Assembly (NCBI GenBank): GCA_026770705.1
Contig: JANJGN010000038.1
Coordinates: 10,292,001-10,356,000, forward strand
Length of the DNA stretch: 64,000 nucleotides
Source: Isurus oxyrinchus
Taxonomy: Eukaryota
Reading direction: 5' to 3'
A model generated the notes under the pieces. The model was not told the origin of the DNA, searched no databases, and saw nothing but the letters and a program-made list of their open reading frames with translations. The position numbers were made by a program, and so were the translations under genes. Positions 49,750 through 62,428 of the stretch are shown piece by piece; within the stretch, counting starts at the first letter, position 1, and the number at the start of each line of letters is the position of its first letter.

Positions 49750-50180
49750 GCACATGGGATTGGGGATGATGTATTGAGATGGATAGAAAACTGGTTGTCA
49801 GACAGGAAATAAAGAGTAGGAAGAAACTGTTCTTTTTCTGAATGGCAGGCAGTGACTAGTGGGCTACCGCAGTGATCGGTGCTGGGACTACAGCTATTCA
49901 CAATATATATTAATCAATTAGATGCGGGAGCTAAATGTAATATCTCCAAATTTGCAGATGACACAAAGCTGGGTGGGAGGGTGAGCACTGAAGAGGATGC
50001 AGACATGCGTCAGTGTGATTTGGACAAGCTGAGTGAGTAGGCAAATGCATGGCAGATGCAATATAACGTGGATTATTGTGGGGTTATCCGTTTTGGTAGC
50101 AAAAACAGTAAGGCGGATTATTTTCTGAATGACTATAAATTGAGAGAGGGGAATGTGCAACGGGACCTGGGTGTCCTTGT
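49750..50180 (+). mobile_element. CR1 RT fragment
   Basis: HGIGDDVLRWIENWLSDRK..WQAVTSGLPQ.SVLGLQLFTIYIN..ISKFADDTKLGG..WQMQYNV. Confidence 0.9.
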
Positions 50181-50384
50181 TGTTTCAGCAGAATGGATGT
50201 GTGAGTGAATCACTTGTAGCCACCGGAGCAACTGAACAACTGCTTCCCAGTGGGAACAGACAATTAGAGTTTCGGCGGATCCATTCTTTCTTCTGTTGTT
50301 CGTCCAGTGCTGTAAACATCATCCCAGGCATTTTCTGCTATGCCCCCGCCCCCTCCACACCGACAGGGAGATCCTGGTGTATTG

Positions 50385-50750
50385 GTAATGTCACGATGCG
50401 GATAAGCTAAAAAGACTGAAGAAATGTTCAAACCCCGTTACAGCAACTGGCTGAATTTCCGTCAAAAAATCAGGAGTTGAAACCCTTTCACGAATGGGGA
50501 TGATTTCGGTCTAAATATGAAATCTCCGGTAATCTCCAAGAATTCCACACATTCTGGCTGCTCCACGAGATTCCATACTCACAGCAATGTGGCTGGTCCT
50601 GAAATAGTCTGGACACCGTGAGTTATATCAAACCGCTGCAGTCAAGCCAGACCGGATGGAGCACTTCTCTTCAAGAACGTCCCCACCAACAACTTATCCA
50701 GGGAAATGAGGGATGGCAATAAACACTGGCTTTGTCCACAATGCTCCCTT
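50385..50750 (+). mobile_element. HE1-like SINE, degraded
   Basis: ggtaatgtcac..gttcaaacccc..cacagcaatgtggctg..ctgaaat..agggaaatgagggatggcaataaac. Confidence 0.55.
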
Positions 50751-50784
50751 CAAATAAACAATGCAAAAAAAATCCAAACCTATT

Positions 50785-51800
50785 GCATGGAAACAGAGGA
50801 ACAGGAGAATGCCATTCAGCCCATCGAACCTGTCCCGCCTTTCATTGTGATCATGGATGACCTTCCACTTCAACATCTTTTTCCCGCACTATCCCCATAC
50901 CTTTTATATCTTTGGTATTTAGAAATCTGCCATTATCTGCTTTAAACAAAATCAATGATAGAACTTCCACAGCTCTCTGGGATGCAGAATTCCAAAGGTT
51001 CGCAAACTTCTGAGTAAAAAAGCAATTCTCCTCATGTCAGTCGTAGTGGCTTTCCACTTATTTTGAAATTGTGTCCCCTGGTTCTAGAATCCCCAACCAG
51101 GGGAAATATCTGACCTGCGTTTACAATTTCTTCCATTCAGGTGTTTTGTTTGTGTTAATGAGATATTTTTGCTCATTTTTCGAAACTCTAGAGAATACAG
51201 GTCCAGTGTCCCCAATCCTTCTTCACAGGATAGTCACGCCATCCCTGAGGCAAGTCTGGTGAGCCTTCGATTCACTCCCTCAATGACAATTACAGCCTTC
51301 CGAAGGTAAGGGGGCCACACCTGCACATTGTACCCCAGGGGTGGCCTAACCAAGATTATATACAAAGGAAACGAGACTTCGCTGCTGTATCCAAATCCTC
51401 TTGTGATAAAGACTGACATTCCATTCGCCTTCCTAAGTGCTTCATATGTATGTGAAGTTTCAGAGACTTATTGATGGGGGCACCCAGGTCCCCTTGCACA
51501 GCTACATTTTCTCGGATCTCACGTTTTATGAAATAATCTGCACATCTGCTGATCTTACCAAACTGGTTAACCTCACATTCTTCCAGGTTAAATTTAATCT
51601 TTTCTGTTCTGTCCCCATCACTAAGTCAGTCCAAATCGCCTTGAAACTGCTTTTCACCTTCCTCACAACACACGTTCCCATCAAGCTTTGTGTCATCCTC
51701 GAACTTGGAAATATTACATTTGACGCACACATCCAAATCATTGCTACGTTGTGAACAGCTGGCTCTCAAGTGGTGTTCCTTGCAGTACCCCACTGGTGAC
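50785..51800 (-). mobile_element. CR1 LINE RT C-terminal half + 3' end
   Basis: Minus strand: LYIILVRPPLGYNVQVWPPYLRK..IEGVNRRLTRL; SKFEDDTKL; 3' UTR inverted at 50785-51000. Confidence 0.85.
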
Positions 51801-52703
51801 ATGCTGACAAAGTTTGATATTTCACTCTAAACACCTCCCCCCACCCCAGCACCACAAACCCCACAACAAAAAAACCCCACTTAGGCCGCCAGCCCCCCTC
51901 ACCCCACACCTCACACTTTGAAATGACATGCTTCAGTTACTGCTGCAGCAGGAGGAAGCCTTTGGATTTCTTAGAGTATCACAACACTGATGGAAGCCCT
52001 TGAAGCATTCGTCTGTTTCTCGCTACACAAAGGTAGCGAGGGCTGCTGATTATTCCCAGCCTTTCTGTTTTTTTTTTCAGATCCGAGCACATTGGCCCCC
52101 CCTCTCTCTCCTCTCCTGAACATCCTTTTTCAGGCTGGGTTCAGAGTGACATTTGAATTGACGAATTTCACTGGAACATAACTTATGCATTGGAAATACA
52201 CCATTATTTGAAACGAGGAGACTTGCCGCTCCGAGGTTCTGTAACTGTTCAGCTCTAATAACACTGGAATAAAATCACAGAAAGAATTTGAAAAGCTAAA
52301 ATCACTGACCTTCGAACCTCTAGAAACCACCCTCCCATCTGCAGATTGGTCCGAAATGTTTTGAACAAGGTTTCCCTGTGATACTGCAGCATGTCCGCCC
52401 ATGGACTGTAACCTGCCTGAGTGGCCTTCTCCTCCAAAACCCCTTTGCGTAATGACATGAAACTCGAGCCTGGTGGGTGGGAATTTCACACACCATGCCC
52501 AAGGACAGCAGGAGAGTTGGAATAGCCTGAAAACCAGCAGGACAAACAGGACTGAGGTAAATTACTTCCCAAATGCACCGCTTCTGTTAGTCATTGAATC
52601 CTGGCGGTGAAAGATGAAAACTGGCCTCACCCTGTGCTCATCACCGAGGTGAAGAGATTGGGAATAAAACAGGGTCAACTCGTGTTGATAATGGATATTC
52701 TTG

Positions 52704-53600
52704 TCACTGTTTAATAAATTTAACAATTACAGAAAAGGAATATTTCACCACATTCTTCAATTGCTGAATTGAGTCTGGGTCACTGCATAAATGGCCGTGT
52801 TAGTGCAACAACTCAGGAGCTGAAATATAAATCCCAGTTCCTGCACAAACCTAGGAAGGTATACAGGAATAGCATCTAACAAATATGGCCTATTACAAAC
52901 AAAATGTATCATAAAACTACCCACAACAGGATAAAATTCCCCGATAAAGCAAACAGTAAAATGATGGATTTCCTGCGTTTTTCCATCTGTGGGTCCCTGG
53001 GTCTCTCCCCACTGCAGTGAGCCCAGAGTCTCCTGCGGCCTCTGCTCAACACTAAACTATATCTGACAGTTAAAGCGTTCAACATCAAAATCAAAACAAA
53101 TGGCGCAAATGGTGTTAAAATATAATGAAGACATTCGATTGATGCCCACATTGATGAGAATTCAGCATCCGTCACTAATGTGCAAAACCAAGGAGCATTG
53201 GAAAGTGAATATTGACCTACATACATAAAGTACCAGAATGTGTCCTTCACACAGAATAGCAGACTGACTGTTCCGAGAACCACAGCTGCCGTATGCTCGG
53301 TGCAATATTTTGTTTTCAACTTCTGGGAACAAATAGCCAGAAATCTATCAAAGGTGAAAGAGACTGTGAACCAGACAGAACAATCTGTGGCTGCATAAAG
53401 CAGGACTGCATGGATATTACACACTTTAAACCTCGACAAGAACTGAAACTGAGCCCAGTAAAGAATAGCAATTTGCCTGAATATGAGATCAAGGATAACG
53501 ACCAGTAGATCCGCGGTTGCCATGGACACCAGGTAAAGGGAAAGACATTTTGAGAGACCGCACCTTCCCGGAGACAGGGTCACAATAGTCAGTATGTTCA
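52704..53600 (-). pseudogene. GPR139/GPR142-like GPCR gene 3 (divergent subfamily), exon 2, frameshifted
   Basis: Acceptor ttacag|TG AAC ATA; TM1-TM6 open (MATADLLV, KVC, DCSVWFTVSFTFDRF, PWFC, TPFAPF). A frameshift in TM6 gives TGA at 52911-52909; the shifted frame continues FIFQLLSCCTNTAIYAVTQTQF, then a second shift to QLKNVVKYSF..KQ* (52706-52704). Confidence 0.88.
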
Positions 53601-54989
53601 CTGTAAGGAAGAGAAAGGCATGATAGTTATTGTTTAACTTAGAGCAACGGTTACAGACTGATGGAGTGACATTTGAACAGAGTTATCCAAGGTCAGAATC
53701 TAATTACTTTACCAGTGCTTCAGCTTTATGCTGGAGGGAGTGTTTCGAGTTAAACACCATCCTGTTGTAGCAGGAAACCAAATCCTGCAGCAGGTCCCAT
53801 CGCCACTTCCCTAAATTATTCATGGAATTCGGAGTGAAAATCACTCACCCCATTACTAGTCCTGCTCAATATCCCATGAACATGCTGCAAACTGCATCAC
53901 AACGATATGTAAGATGGGCTGTGATTTGTACTGAAGGGAAATTGTTCATTTATTTTTGAGAAGACATTTGAGTGGAACATTAAGGTTGTGTAAAGAAGTA
54001 AATACAGATTTGATTTCAGAAATTGTATTTCAAATCAGGATGTCCAAATGTGCCTTCCTGATAATTATTGCCTTCGCCAAAAGGCACAATGAACGCTTAG
54101 ACTTTATCCCAGTAACAAATAGACTCTCGAAAAGAAATAAAGAACAGGGAGGTAAATGGATCGCTAGACTGAAGAAAATAAATTAGAGATTGAATCAGAG
54201 CTGGATATTGGCCAACACGAAGGAACAGCAGAGAGTGGCAGCACCCAAACTTCAGGCTGGCAAGCAGGAGATAATTTACCAATGGATCGGATATCTGTGT
54301 TTTGGGCCAGGAATTAAATGGGCCAGTGGTTGGGAAATGAAGTTGTTACATAAGAATGCAAGAACTAGGAGCAAGAGCAAGCCATATTTCCCTTTGGTCA
54401 ACTCTAATATTCACTAAGCCCATGGCCATTCTTCGACATCTACTTTCCAAAACTATCCCCATTTATCTTAATGGCCTTAGAGCAGAAAGATCTACCGACC
54501 AACAGCCCTCGAGAGTTGATAATTCCGAAATTTCTCCACTTGCTAAGTAAAGAAGATTCTCTTCATCTCAATTCCAAATGGCCGACATCTTATCTCAGGG
54601 ATCGAGTTCTCGACTCCCCACCTAAGGGAAACATTCTCTCAGCATCGATGCTATGAGGACACTGAATGATTTTCTATGACACGATGCGATAATCACACAT
54701 CCTCTAAATTTAAGAAAATGCATGTCAAATTTGATTGATTGATTAATTACTTAAGTATATTTTTCCTTAGGCCAGGAGGCCAAAACTGTACACATTAATC
54801 GATATGTTTTCTCACCAATCACATGCATAATTCTATCAAAAGTTCCTTACTCGAATACAGGGAACACTGTCATTTATTATCCTATTCACTTGCTATATTG
54901 TTGTATCCTAACCTCATTACAGCTTTGTTTCAAACATGGAAAAAAGAGCGGAACTCCCGGAGGAAGGTGAGACATCAGGGCAACATTTG

Positions 54990-56130
54990 GCAGAGTGTAG
55001 CATCAAGGGCCCCTAGCAAACCTGGAGTCAATGGGAATCAGGGGGAAATCTCTGCTGCTTCTAACCATACCTAGCAGAAAGGAAGATGGTTGTGTTTGTT
55101 GGGGGTCGATCACTCAGCTGTAGGATTTCACTGCAGCATTCCTTCAGGGTACTGTCCTCGGCCCAACCATCTTCAGCTGCTTCATCAATGACCTTCCTTC
55201 CATCACACAGTCAGAAGTGGGATGTTCGCTACTGATTTCACAATGTTCAGCGCCATTAACGACTCCTCAGGTACTGAAGTAGCCCATGCTCAAATGCAGC
55301 AAGAGCTGGACAATTACCAGGCTTGCGCTGACATGTGGCAAGTATCTTGTGCACCGCTGAAGTGTCAGGCAATGATCATCTCCAACAAGGGAGAAACCAA
55401 CAATCGCTCTTTGTCATTCAATGGCATTAACATCACTGAATCCCCCACTATCAAATCCTGGGGTTTACCATTGACCAGAAACGGAACTGAACAGAAACGG
55501 AACTGAACGAGCCATATAAATACTATGGCAACAAGAGCAGATCAGAGGCAAGGAATAGTGCGACGTGTAACTCACCTCCTCACCGCCAAAGCCTGTCCAC
55601 CATCTGCAAGGCACAAGTCAGGAGTGTAGTGAAATGCTCCTCCCTTGCTTGGATGGGTGTAGCTCCCAGAACGCTCAAGAAGCTTGGCACCATTCAGGGC
55701 AATGCACCTCGCTGGATTGGTAGCACATCCAAAAATATTTACACACTCCACCACTGTTGCATAGTAGCACCAGTGGTGCCATCTACAAGATGCACTGCAG
55801 GAACTCATCAAGGCTCTTTCAGCTGCACGTTCAAACCCCGACCACTACCATCTAGAAGGAGAAGGGGAGCAGACAGATGTGAACGCCACCAAACGGAAGT
55901 TCCCCTTCAAGTCACTCACCATTTTGACTTGGAAATATATCGGCGTTCCTTCACTGTCGCTGGGCCAAAATCCTGGAATTCCCTTCAGAACAGCACTCTG
56001 GGTGCGCCTACACCCCGAAGACTGTAACAGTTCAAGAAGGCAGCTCAGCACCACATTCACAAGGGCAACTAGTGATGGGTAATAAATTCTGACCCAGCCA
56101 ACGAAGCCCATTTCCCAAGAATGGATAATA
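54990..56130 (+). mobile_element. HER1-like LINE RT + 3' tail inserted in the gene 3 intron
   Basis: IPQGTVLGPTIFSCFINDLPSI..MFATDFTMF..LAWMGVAPRTLKKLGTIQ..; tail cagttcaagaaggcagctcagcaccac..aagggcaactagtgatgggtaataaat. Confidence 0.9.
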
Positions 56131-56459
56131 ATAACACATATTGCATGTTCGCTTTCTCTAGATTGTGTACCCGAGCACACAAATTATGAAAATTTACAAT
56201 TTTTACCAGTTTCTCGCCTGTTTAAACGCTGGCTGAGGATAGAATGAAACTCGTCTGTGTTATTATCTCAGGGAATCTGAAGGTTCTGGTGCAATATTAA
56301 CACAGGGCTTTGATGCGTGTGTAAATTAATACGTGAGATAATTCATAAAATTAATGGTCCTGGCCTCCCATTTAGTGGCGATACTCGGATAATCAGTGCT
56401 GATTGTAAATGTAATTAAAGCCCTATCTTTTTCCACCCTTGCAGCTTGTTTTTCTTGCC

Positions 56460-56960
56460 TACGTAGCGGGGTGGGGGAGATGAGGTGTGCATGAGGTGCG
56501 TAGATGGCGGGTGGTCAGCAGTTGGGATAGGGATGGGTGAGTAGTTAACGTGCTTTGCAGTCGGTTGGGGGTTGAATGGACGGGCGATGGCTAGTGAGAG
56601 CTGTGCAAGTGGATCGAGAGGAAGGCAATCGAGTCAGATTAGGTATTCTGGGGTCAGTAGTTGGGGGTGTTGTGGGTTGTTGTGTGTGAGATTAATGTGG
56701 GAGGTCTGTAGGTGGGGGTTGGGCGTGCATGGGCTTCGCTTGAAAGTTATACACTGACACATGCTAGAAATTAATAGCGGGAAAATACTAGGGCAAGCAT
56801 CTGTCACACAACAGGCACAACAGTCCAAAACTGAAGTCAGTGTTGGAGTCATTGTTAGAGGGGCCTGGGCAATACAAATCTACCCATCTGAAGTTTAAAG
56901 TTCATGGGAAATTACCATGCATGCTCCTGGATCAAGACTTCAGATGGGTCCTGATATGCA
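56460..56960. repeat. Third, more degraded member of the G-rich-arm repeat family
   Basis: G-rich tract, then cccatctgaagtttaaagttc (about 56883), matching cccatcggaagtttgaagttc (about 9903). Confidence 0.45.
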
Positions 56961-58870
56961 GTGCGGCAGACATTTCAATATTCACCACTGTTGGCATCAG
57001 GAGCTCCGGTTAATGATACAGTCAGTATTAATTTCACGGCAATGGACTCCAGACACCAGCTGCAGATAGAGGGAAATTACGCAAGAGCGGAATGGAGATC
57101 AGGTCAAAGAAGGCTGGCTTAGGGCGAATAACAATAAAGAACACATTTTAAGAATTATCTTAAAGGATGATAAGTTTGTAGCGAGGACAAAGGATTTAGG
57201 AGGAAATTCAGAACATGAAACTCTTAATATTTCATTGTGGTCACGCATGCCAAAGGCTGCAGACATGTCGAGAAAAGGGAAGAGAGGCAGCTCGACATTA
57301 GCAGAGTCACATCAGATATAATTTGTGCCTTTGTTAAGGACGGTGTAAGAGTTGTAATAAGGGAGAAAAATGGTTAGAAGGATTTAAGCATGGTGTCCCT
57401 GGAAGATGGGGCAGAAACGTGGGGGGTAGCAGCAGGGACAAGGAATTTGTAGAGGAAAGAGAGGTTAGAGATGGAGTGTTTGCTTACAAGGACGGAGGCA
57501 TAAGGGGTTGTTTATTTACAAGGTCAGGGGTGATGACTACAGAATGGAGCAGCAGAAGAACAGTGGCTAAGCAGAAGGAACTATTAACTATATCACCAAC
57601 TGAGGAACATGAGAAGGAAGTTCGGTGTTCAGCTGTTTGGTGGCAGTGCGGTGAACCAGTCCCCACCAGCAGCCGCCCCTCCGCCCACACCCTACACCAT
57701 GCCTACCACCAAACCAATCAAACGCCTGGAAATCTCACACCTGAAACATAATGGAACGCTCACTACTCATCAGTATGGTTATCAGAGCAACACCCAATAA
57801 GCAGAATCACCTTCAATAATGGAATAGATTTTCCATCAGTGTCCGTCCATCATTAAACTTGCTATTTCTCCACCTCCACCTCTGTGGATGGAGAAGAATG
57901 TCTACTGAATCAACAACAACAACACACCGGGGCTACTTCGACAGCACGTACCAGGACAGCAAAATGCAGAAGGTGTGCAATGCCGTGAGATTCACCTTCT
58001 CTAACGCACCATCCTGACTTGGAACGGTAACATCTCCCTTCATCAGCGTTCCGGAATTCCCTAACAGCAGGTAGGAGAACAGTCAGCAGAGGGAATACTT
58101 CAGCTCAGCAAGAAGACTCAGCACCAACTTCTCAGTTCACTTCCGGATGGGTAATAAATGGAAGTTTGTCACAAGCATCCATTTCCCAAGGACACATTTT
58201 GAAAATAGAAAAAACTTTGGGAGGGGGATAATGACTTGCAGCTCTAAATATCGTCATGCAGAGACAAGGGAAGGAAATTAGGTCTGTGGACAGAAATGGG
58301 AACGGAGCCAATTGTTGGTGAGGGGAGCAAGTATTGTTGAACAATTATTACATTTTAAATTCTCTCCTAAATATCTAAATTTGGTTATTGTTAGGCAAAG
58401 TGGGAGATGGTGGAATGGAATTTGCCTGGAGCTGAATCATTATGTGAGATCTTCCCTCGTTCCTGTCTGCCCTAATTTCCGCAGATCAGTGCAAATTACT
58501 ATCTGCATCACACTGCAAAACCAATACCTGCGCAACATATTCTGCTCAGATATTGGGGTTCAGTTTAAACAGCCGACTGCAGTTGTTCAATAGCTTTAAT
58601 TCTTCACTAATATTTATTGCGTAAAATATTTAACCAGCCAAATTCTGAAGAAAAAAAAAATACTTGAAGCAAGTCTTGAGATGTACAAACGGTCCAATGA
58701 ACTGTGAACAGTGAATCAGCAACTGCTGAAATGCTACTTCACAGAAGCACAGGCATGTCACAGGCCACAAGAATTACAGAGAATAAAATTAATTAACTCA
58801 TATTAAGGACAAGGACAACAAATATGGTGAAAGATGTTTTATAAAATAAGTTTCTAAAATAATCTTTCAC

Positions 58871-58967
58871 CAGGAATGCCAACAGCAGCGAGGAGCGGAT
58901 AGTAAATACTTTGCAAATCATAAATCATCCAGAAAATTCGAAGTTCTGTTGGTATTTCAAAGAACAT
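58871..58967 (-). pseudogene. GPCR gene 3, exon 1
   Basis: MFFEIPTELRIFWMIYDLQSIYYPLLAAVGIP+G|gtgaaa (97 nt, phase 1) joins 53600 in frame (GIPVNIL); intron about 5.3 kb. Confidence 0.85.
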
Positions 58968-59072
58968 GATCTCATTTTCTGTGAGGTCCAATGATCGCTG
59001 TTTTTATTGGAGACTGCACTCTGTCGAACACTGATACACATTGAAAACATTGCCTAGATGTAGGCGGAGTAG

Positions 59073-59120
59073 AGCCTCTGGTGATTCAATTAAACAATAC
59101 ACTAGCTGATATTAATTACA
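59073..59120 (-). promoter_or_regulatory. Conserved promoter module of gene 3
   Basis: cctctggtgatt-caatta (59075-59092) and attaattaca (59111-59120), at the same offsets as in genes 1 and 2. Confidence 0.5.
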
Positions 59121-59689
59121 GTCACTTAACAAACAAGATGCCTTAACCCTTTCATCCCATCAATTTGTATGGAAAAAATATACTAAAAACTACACGGCAT
59201 TCCTGTCAAGATAATTCATTCAAAGCGAGCACGTGACGTCAGCCACTTTTGTGATAAACAGGTTATGGAATTCTGCAGGCTTACAACACAGATAAGAAAA
59301 GAAAAACAGACTCAAATCCAGAGCTTTGATTATTCCGAAGATAAAATGCTGCCAAACAATTTCATGGTTTCAATTAATTTCTTAGGGTATGAACATTACA
59401 CAAGTGCCAGAGTATGGACAGAAGCAGTAACAGTCCAAAAGGATACATAGTTGATCATTGTCTAGTGATCAGAAAGGGAAATTGTAGACTGATGTTTTGA
59501 AGCTGCTTGGTTTAACAGTAAACGTAAAACTGATGCTATGGATCAACAATTACCATGGAAATGATATGAGAGTTTAACTTTAAAGCTGACCTGGAAAATG
59601 ATGCCCCGGTGTAACTTAACCCTGCAATTGAAATCCATGAAATATGAGTGTCCATATAAATGACGCTAGACAATCTAAAATGATTTTGT

Positions 59690-60110
59690 ACCTGACACCA
59701 CGGAGTTACAGTGACCATGCAACTAATTTCTGGTCGCACAGTGCTCATTTAAATTATGCATAGGTCCACCAGTTGGATTCCTACAGATACTGTCGTCAAA
59801 CGGTGACCATGGGACTGAAATATGGTATCCTAATCGCTTTGTACCCGAAAATTCGCTCTAACAGCCACCTTGTAACTCATAATCCAGTATAACAGTGACG
59901 TTGCAACTGATATCCCGATCTAACATTGACCATGTACATGACATTCCAGTCCAGCAGTGCCATTATAACTGATAATTCAGCCTAACAGTGGCTTTGTACC
60001 AGATACCCCAATTTGAACATAATCTTGTACCTGACGCCCTTGTCTAACTGTAACCATGGAACTGGTATACCAGTTCAATAGTAAATTTGTACCTGATACT
60101 GCGGTGAAAA
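59690..60110. repeat. Degenerate 31-bp minisatellite upstream of gene 3
   Basis: ctgatatcccgatctaacattgaccatgtac-like units, about 13 copies. Confidence 0.7.
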
Positions 60111-60759
60111 ATTCACCTTCTGTTACGTATGGCTAGTGTCATAGTTCAGCTGATTTTCAATCCAATTGTTAGTTTTAGGAATTAAAGATTTAACTATAGG
60201 CAGTGGGGATATCTGGTGGCAAAAACTGGTAAAAGCATCCGTAAATTAAATGCAATTTAACCAACCGAGGAGTTTATTATTCTTATAAGTTTGGAGCTAT
60301 CTTGACTTAAGAGGTTAACAGCAAGAAAGCCAAGATCATGATAATGTGAGCGCTTTTAATTAACGAAGAAACAGGAGAAGTTTAAAGTTATTACAGTAAA
60401 TTAAAAGTTTTTACGTGGTTTCCAGGGAATAAGGAAAGTTTTGGAACTAACAGGTAGTTAAATTGCATTTCTACGTGGTAACAGAATCACGTGTATCACG
60501 TGAGGATCGGTGGAGCTCAGTTGAGATTTTAGAACAAGGTGGAGTGAAGGACACAAATTTGTCATCAGAATTCGGTTCAAATTCTGGGCGTTTGCTCAAA
60601 GAATTAAAACTTTTATCATCTGTAGGGTTTTCTCAACAGTGAGTTGAATATCTGGTATGGCCAAGCTAAGGGGGCAGAGAGAGAGAAAGATTTATAGATA
60701 CAAGCTTCCATAGTCAGAGAAGATCACAGCAAGGGGAGTTGTCACCCGAGGGCACTCCA

Positions 60760-61673
60760 TTTACGTCGCCAGGGAGAGCGATGTTGAAAGTTGTGGGGGT
60801 CCTCTGCCAGTCCGTGGCCTCTCAATGATTTTATGGGCTGCCTTCTCCTGAAAGCACAAAGGAGCATTGATTATTCTACTCCCTACCTGCAGTTTCATTG
60901 CTGCCTGGCCAGCCCCAGCTTAGGAATGCCCTGCAAGACACATACAGATCATGGCCTGTGCACCACACAGCATCTCAGTTAAAGCGGCCAAGGCTCAGCA
61001 CCTTGGCCAGTGCCGGAGTGATTGACGTTTGAAGCTCAAGTTCTGACACCCTTGAACAATTCAACACCCTGACTCATGCCCACACGGTGCACACCCATCC
61101 TGAGTGCAGAAGGTCATTGAAATGATTCTCGCACTGCCCCCAGGTGTACCGCGCCACTGTGTGGCTGTTCACCCAGGTTGCCACCTCCTCCCAAGGCTTC
61201 TTTGTGAGGTTTGGTGGCTTCCTCCTCCCATTGCTGGGGACAAGGGTGTCCCTTCTGGCAGCCACCTCCTCCAGGAGGGCAGCGAGAAACTCGTCGGAAA
61301 AACTGGGGGGGCGAGCGCCCAAACAGCATGCCTTCCTGCCTGGCGTTTGCTGCCTCACTCGAGTGCATCTTTCAAAAGGCAGACAGAGCCCTTCTCTAGC
61401 CACTTTTCTGGAGCTGCCTGGGCCGTTTTCAAACTGGCCACCGGATCGCCATTGGATCCGGCGGCCGAGAGGCCCCAGTCCCCGCACGGACCCTCTGATG
61501 GTTGCACCTGGGGCGGCCTTAATTGATCTGCCAGAGTGAAATTGCGTTCGGATCCCGATCGCGGGCTGGTGGTCAGCTTCCTTAGTGCTCCTGTCCAAGG
61601 CAAGGTGCCGTGACTACGCGGTGAGGGCAAAACTCTGCCCTTTGACCCAATGGCCACTGGTAAAACCCCCGTC
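60760..61673 (-). mobile_element. PIF/Harbinger DNA transposon end with Myb/SANT-like ORF remnant
   Basis: RPPSFSDEFLAALLEEV..RRDTL..WEEVA.WVN..RYTWGQCENHFNDL (ends 61095, donor gtgtgc), then acceptor ttcag|EKAAHK..ER.RTGRGPP (from 60847). TIR-like ggtaaaacccccg at 61659-61671. Confidence 0.75.
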
Positions 61674-62349
61674 TCTTTCATCATAAACTGCCCCCTCCAT
61701 AGGGTGATGGATAATGGAGAGTTTGATTTGCATCCATTTTATTTTGGGAATAGGTTCAGACTTTGTGACCTGCTGAGAAGCCTATAAGTCCACAGTGGGG
61801 TGGCGTAATTCACCTGTCAAGTGTGCGGAAGGGAATTCACCTGCCCTCCAACCTGCTGAGGATCTAGTGGTTCTATGCAAACCAGGAGATGTGGCAAAAT
61901 TGGTTAATCACCATTTAGATCCAAGTTCACTCACAAGTTCCACCGACAGAGGCAGAATGGCATTCAGGCACAGTAAGAGCAGGAAGAGATCTACTGCCCC
62001 TCCTCATTACTGTCTCATACATAAAACCATACCGGTGAGTAGCTGTCACCTGCTCCCAGTGCAGCAAAGACTTCAATCTTTCATTTCACTTGGTGACTCA
62101 TTGACACAGCGATACCAAGGATTCGACCTTCAAGTGCCCGTGCTGCAGCCAGGCATTAGCTTGCTTCTACTTTCTGCTTATGCACCAGAGTATTCACATT
62201 CTTGCGAAGTCAAATATCTGTTTGGCGTTTCTGTGGAATTTCAGCCAGCAAACACCATTGTAATAAGGAGATCATTTAATTGTTCCAACTCCGAGATGGG
62301 CTGTGCATAGTTGCCCTTCACAATGAGACACGAATGTCCTTGAGTCATT

Positions 62350-62428
62350 GGTGGTGGTGGTGGTGGTGGTGCGGGGGGGGGGGGGGGGGGGGGGAGACGG
62401 TGGGGGGTGGGAGGTGGGGGGTGGGGGG
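62350..62428. repeat. (GGT)n / poly-G tract
   Basis: Directly visible. Confidence 0.9.

Noticed and set aside
61074-61598. Myb/SANT ORF as a host gene (domesticated MSANTD-like)
   Set aside because: Adjacent TIR-like end, weak donor and an early stop in the second exon fit a decayed Harbinger transposon.
61795-62310. 171-aa plus-strand ORF
   Set aside because: No recognisable family or splice structure; likely a chance ORF.
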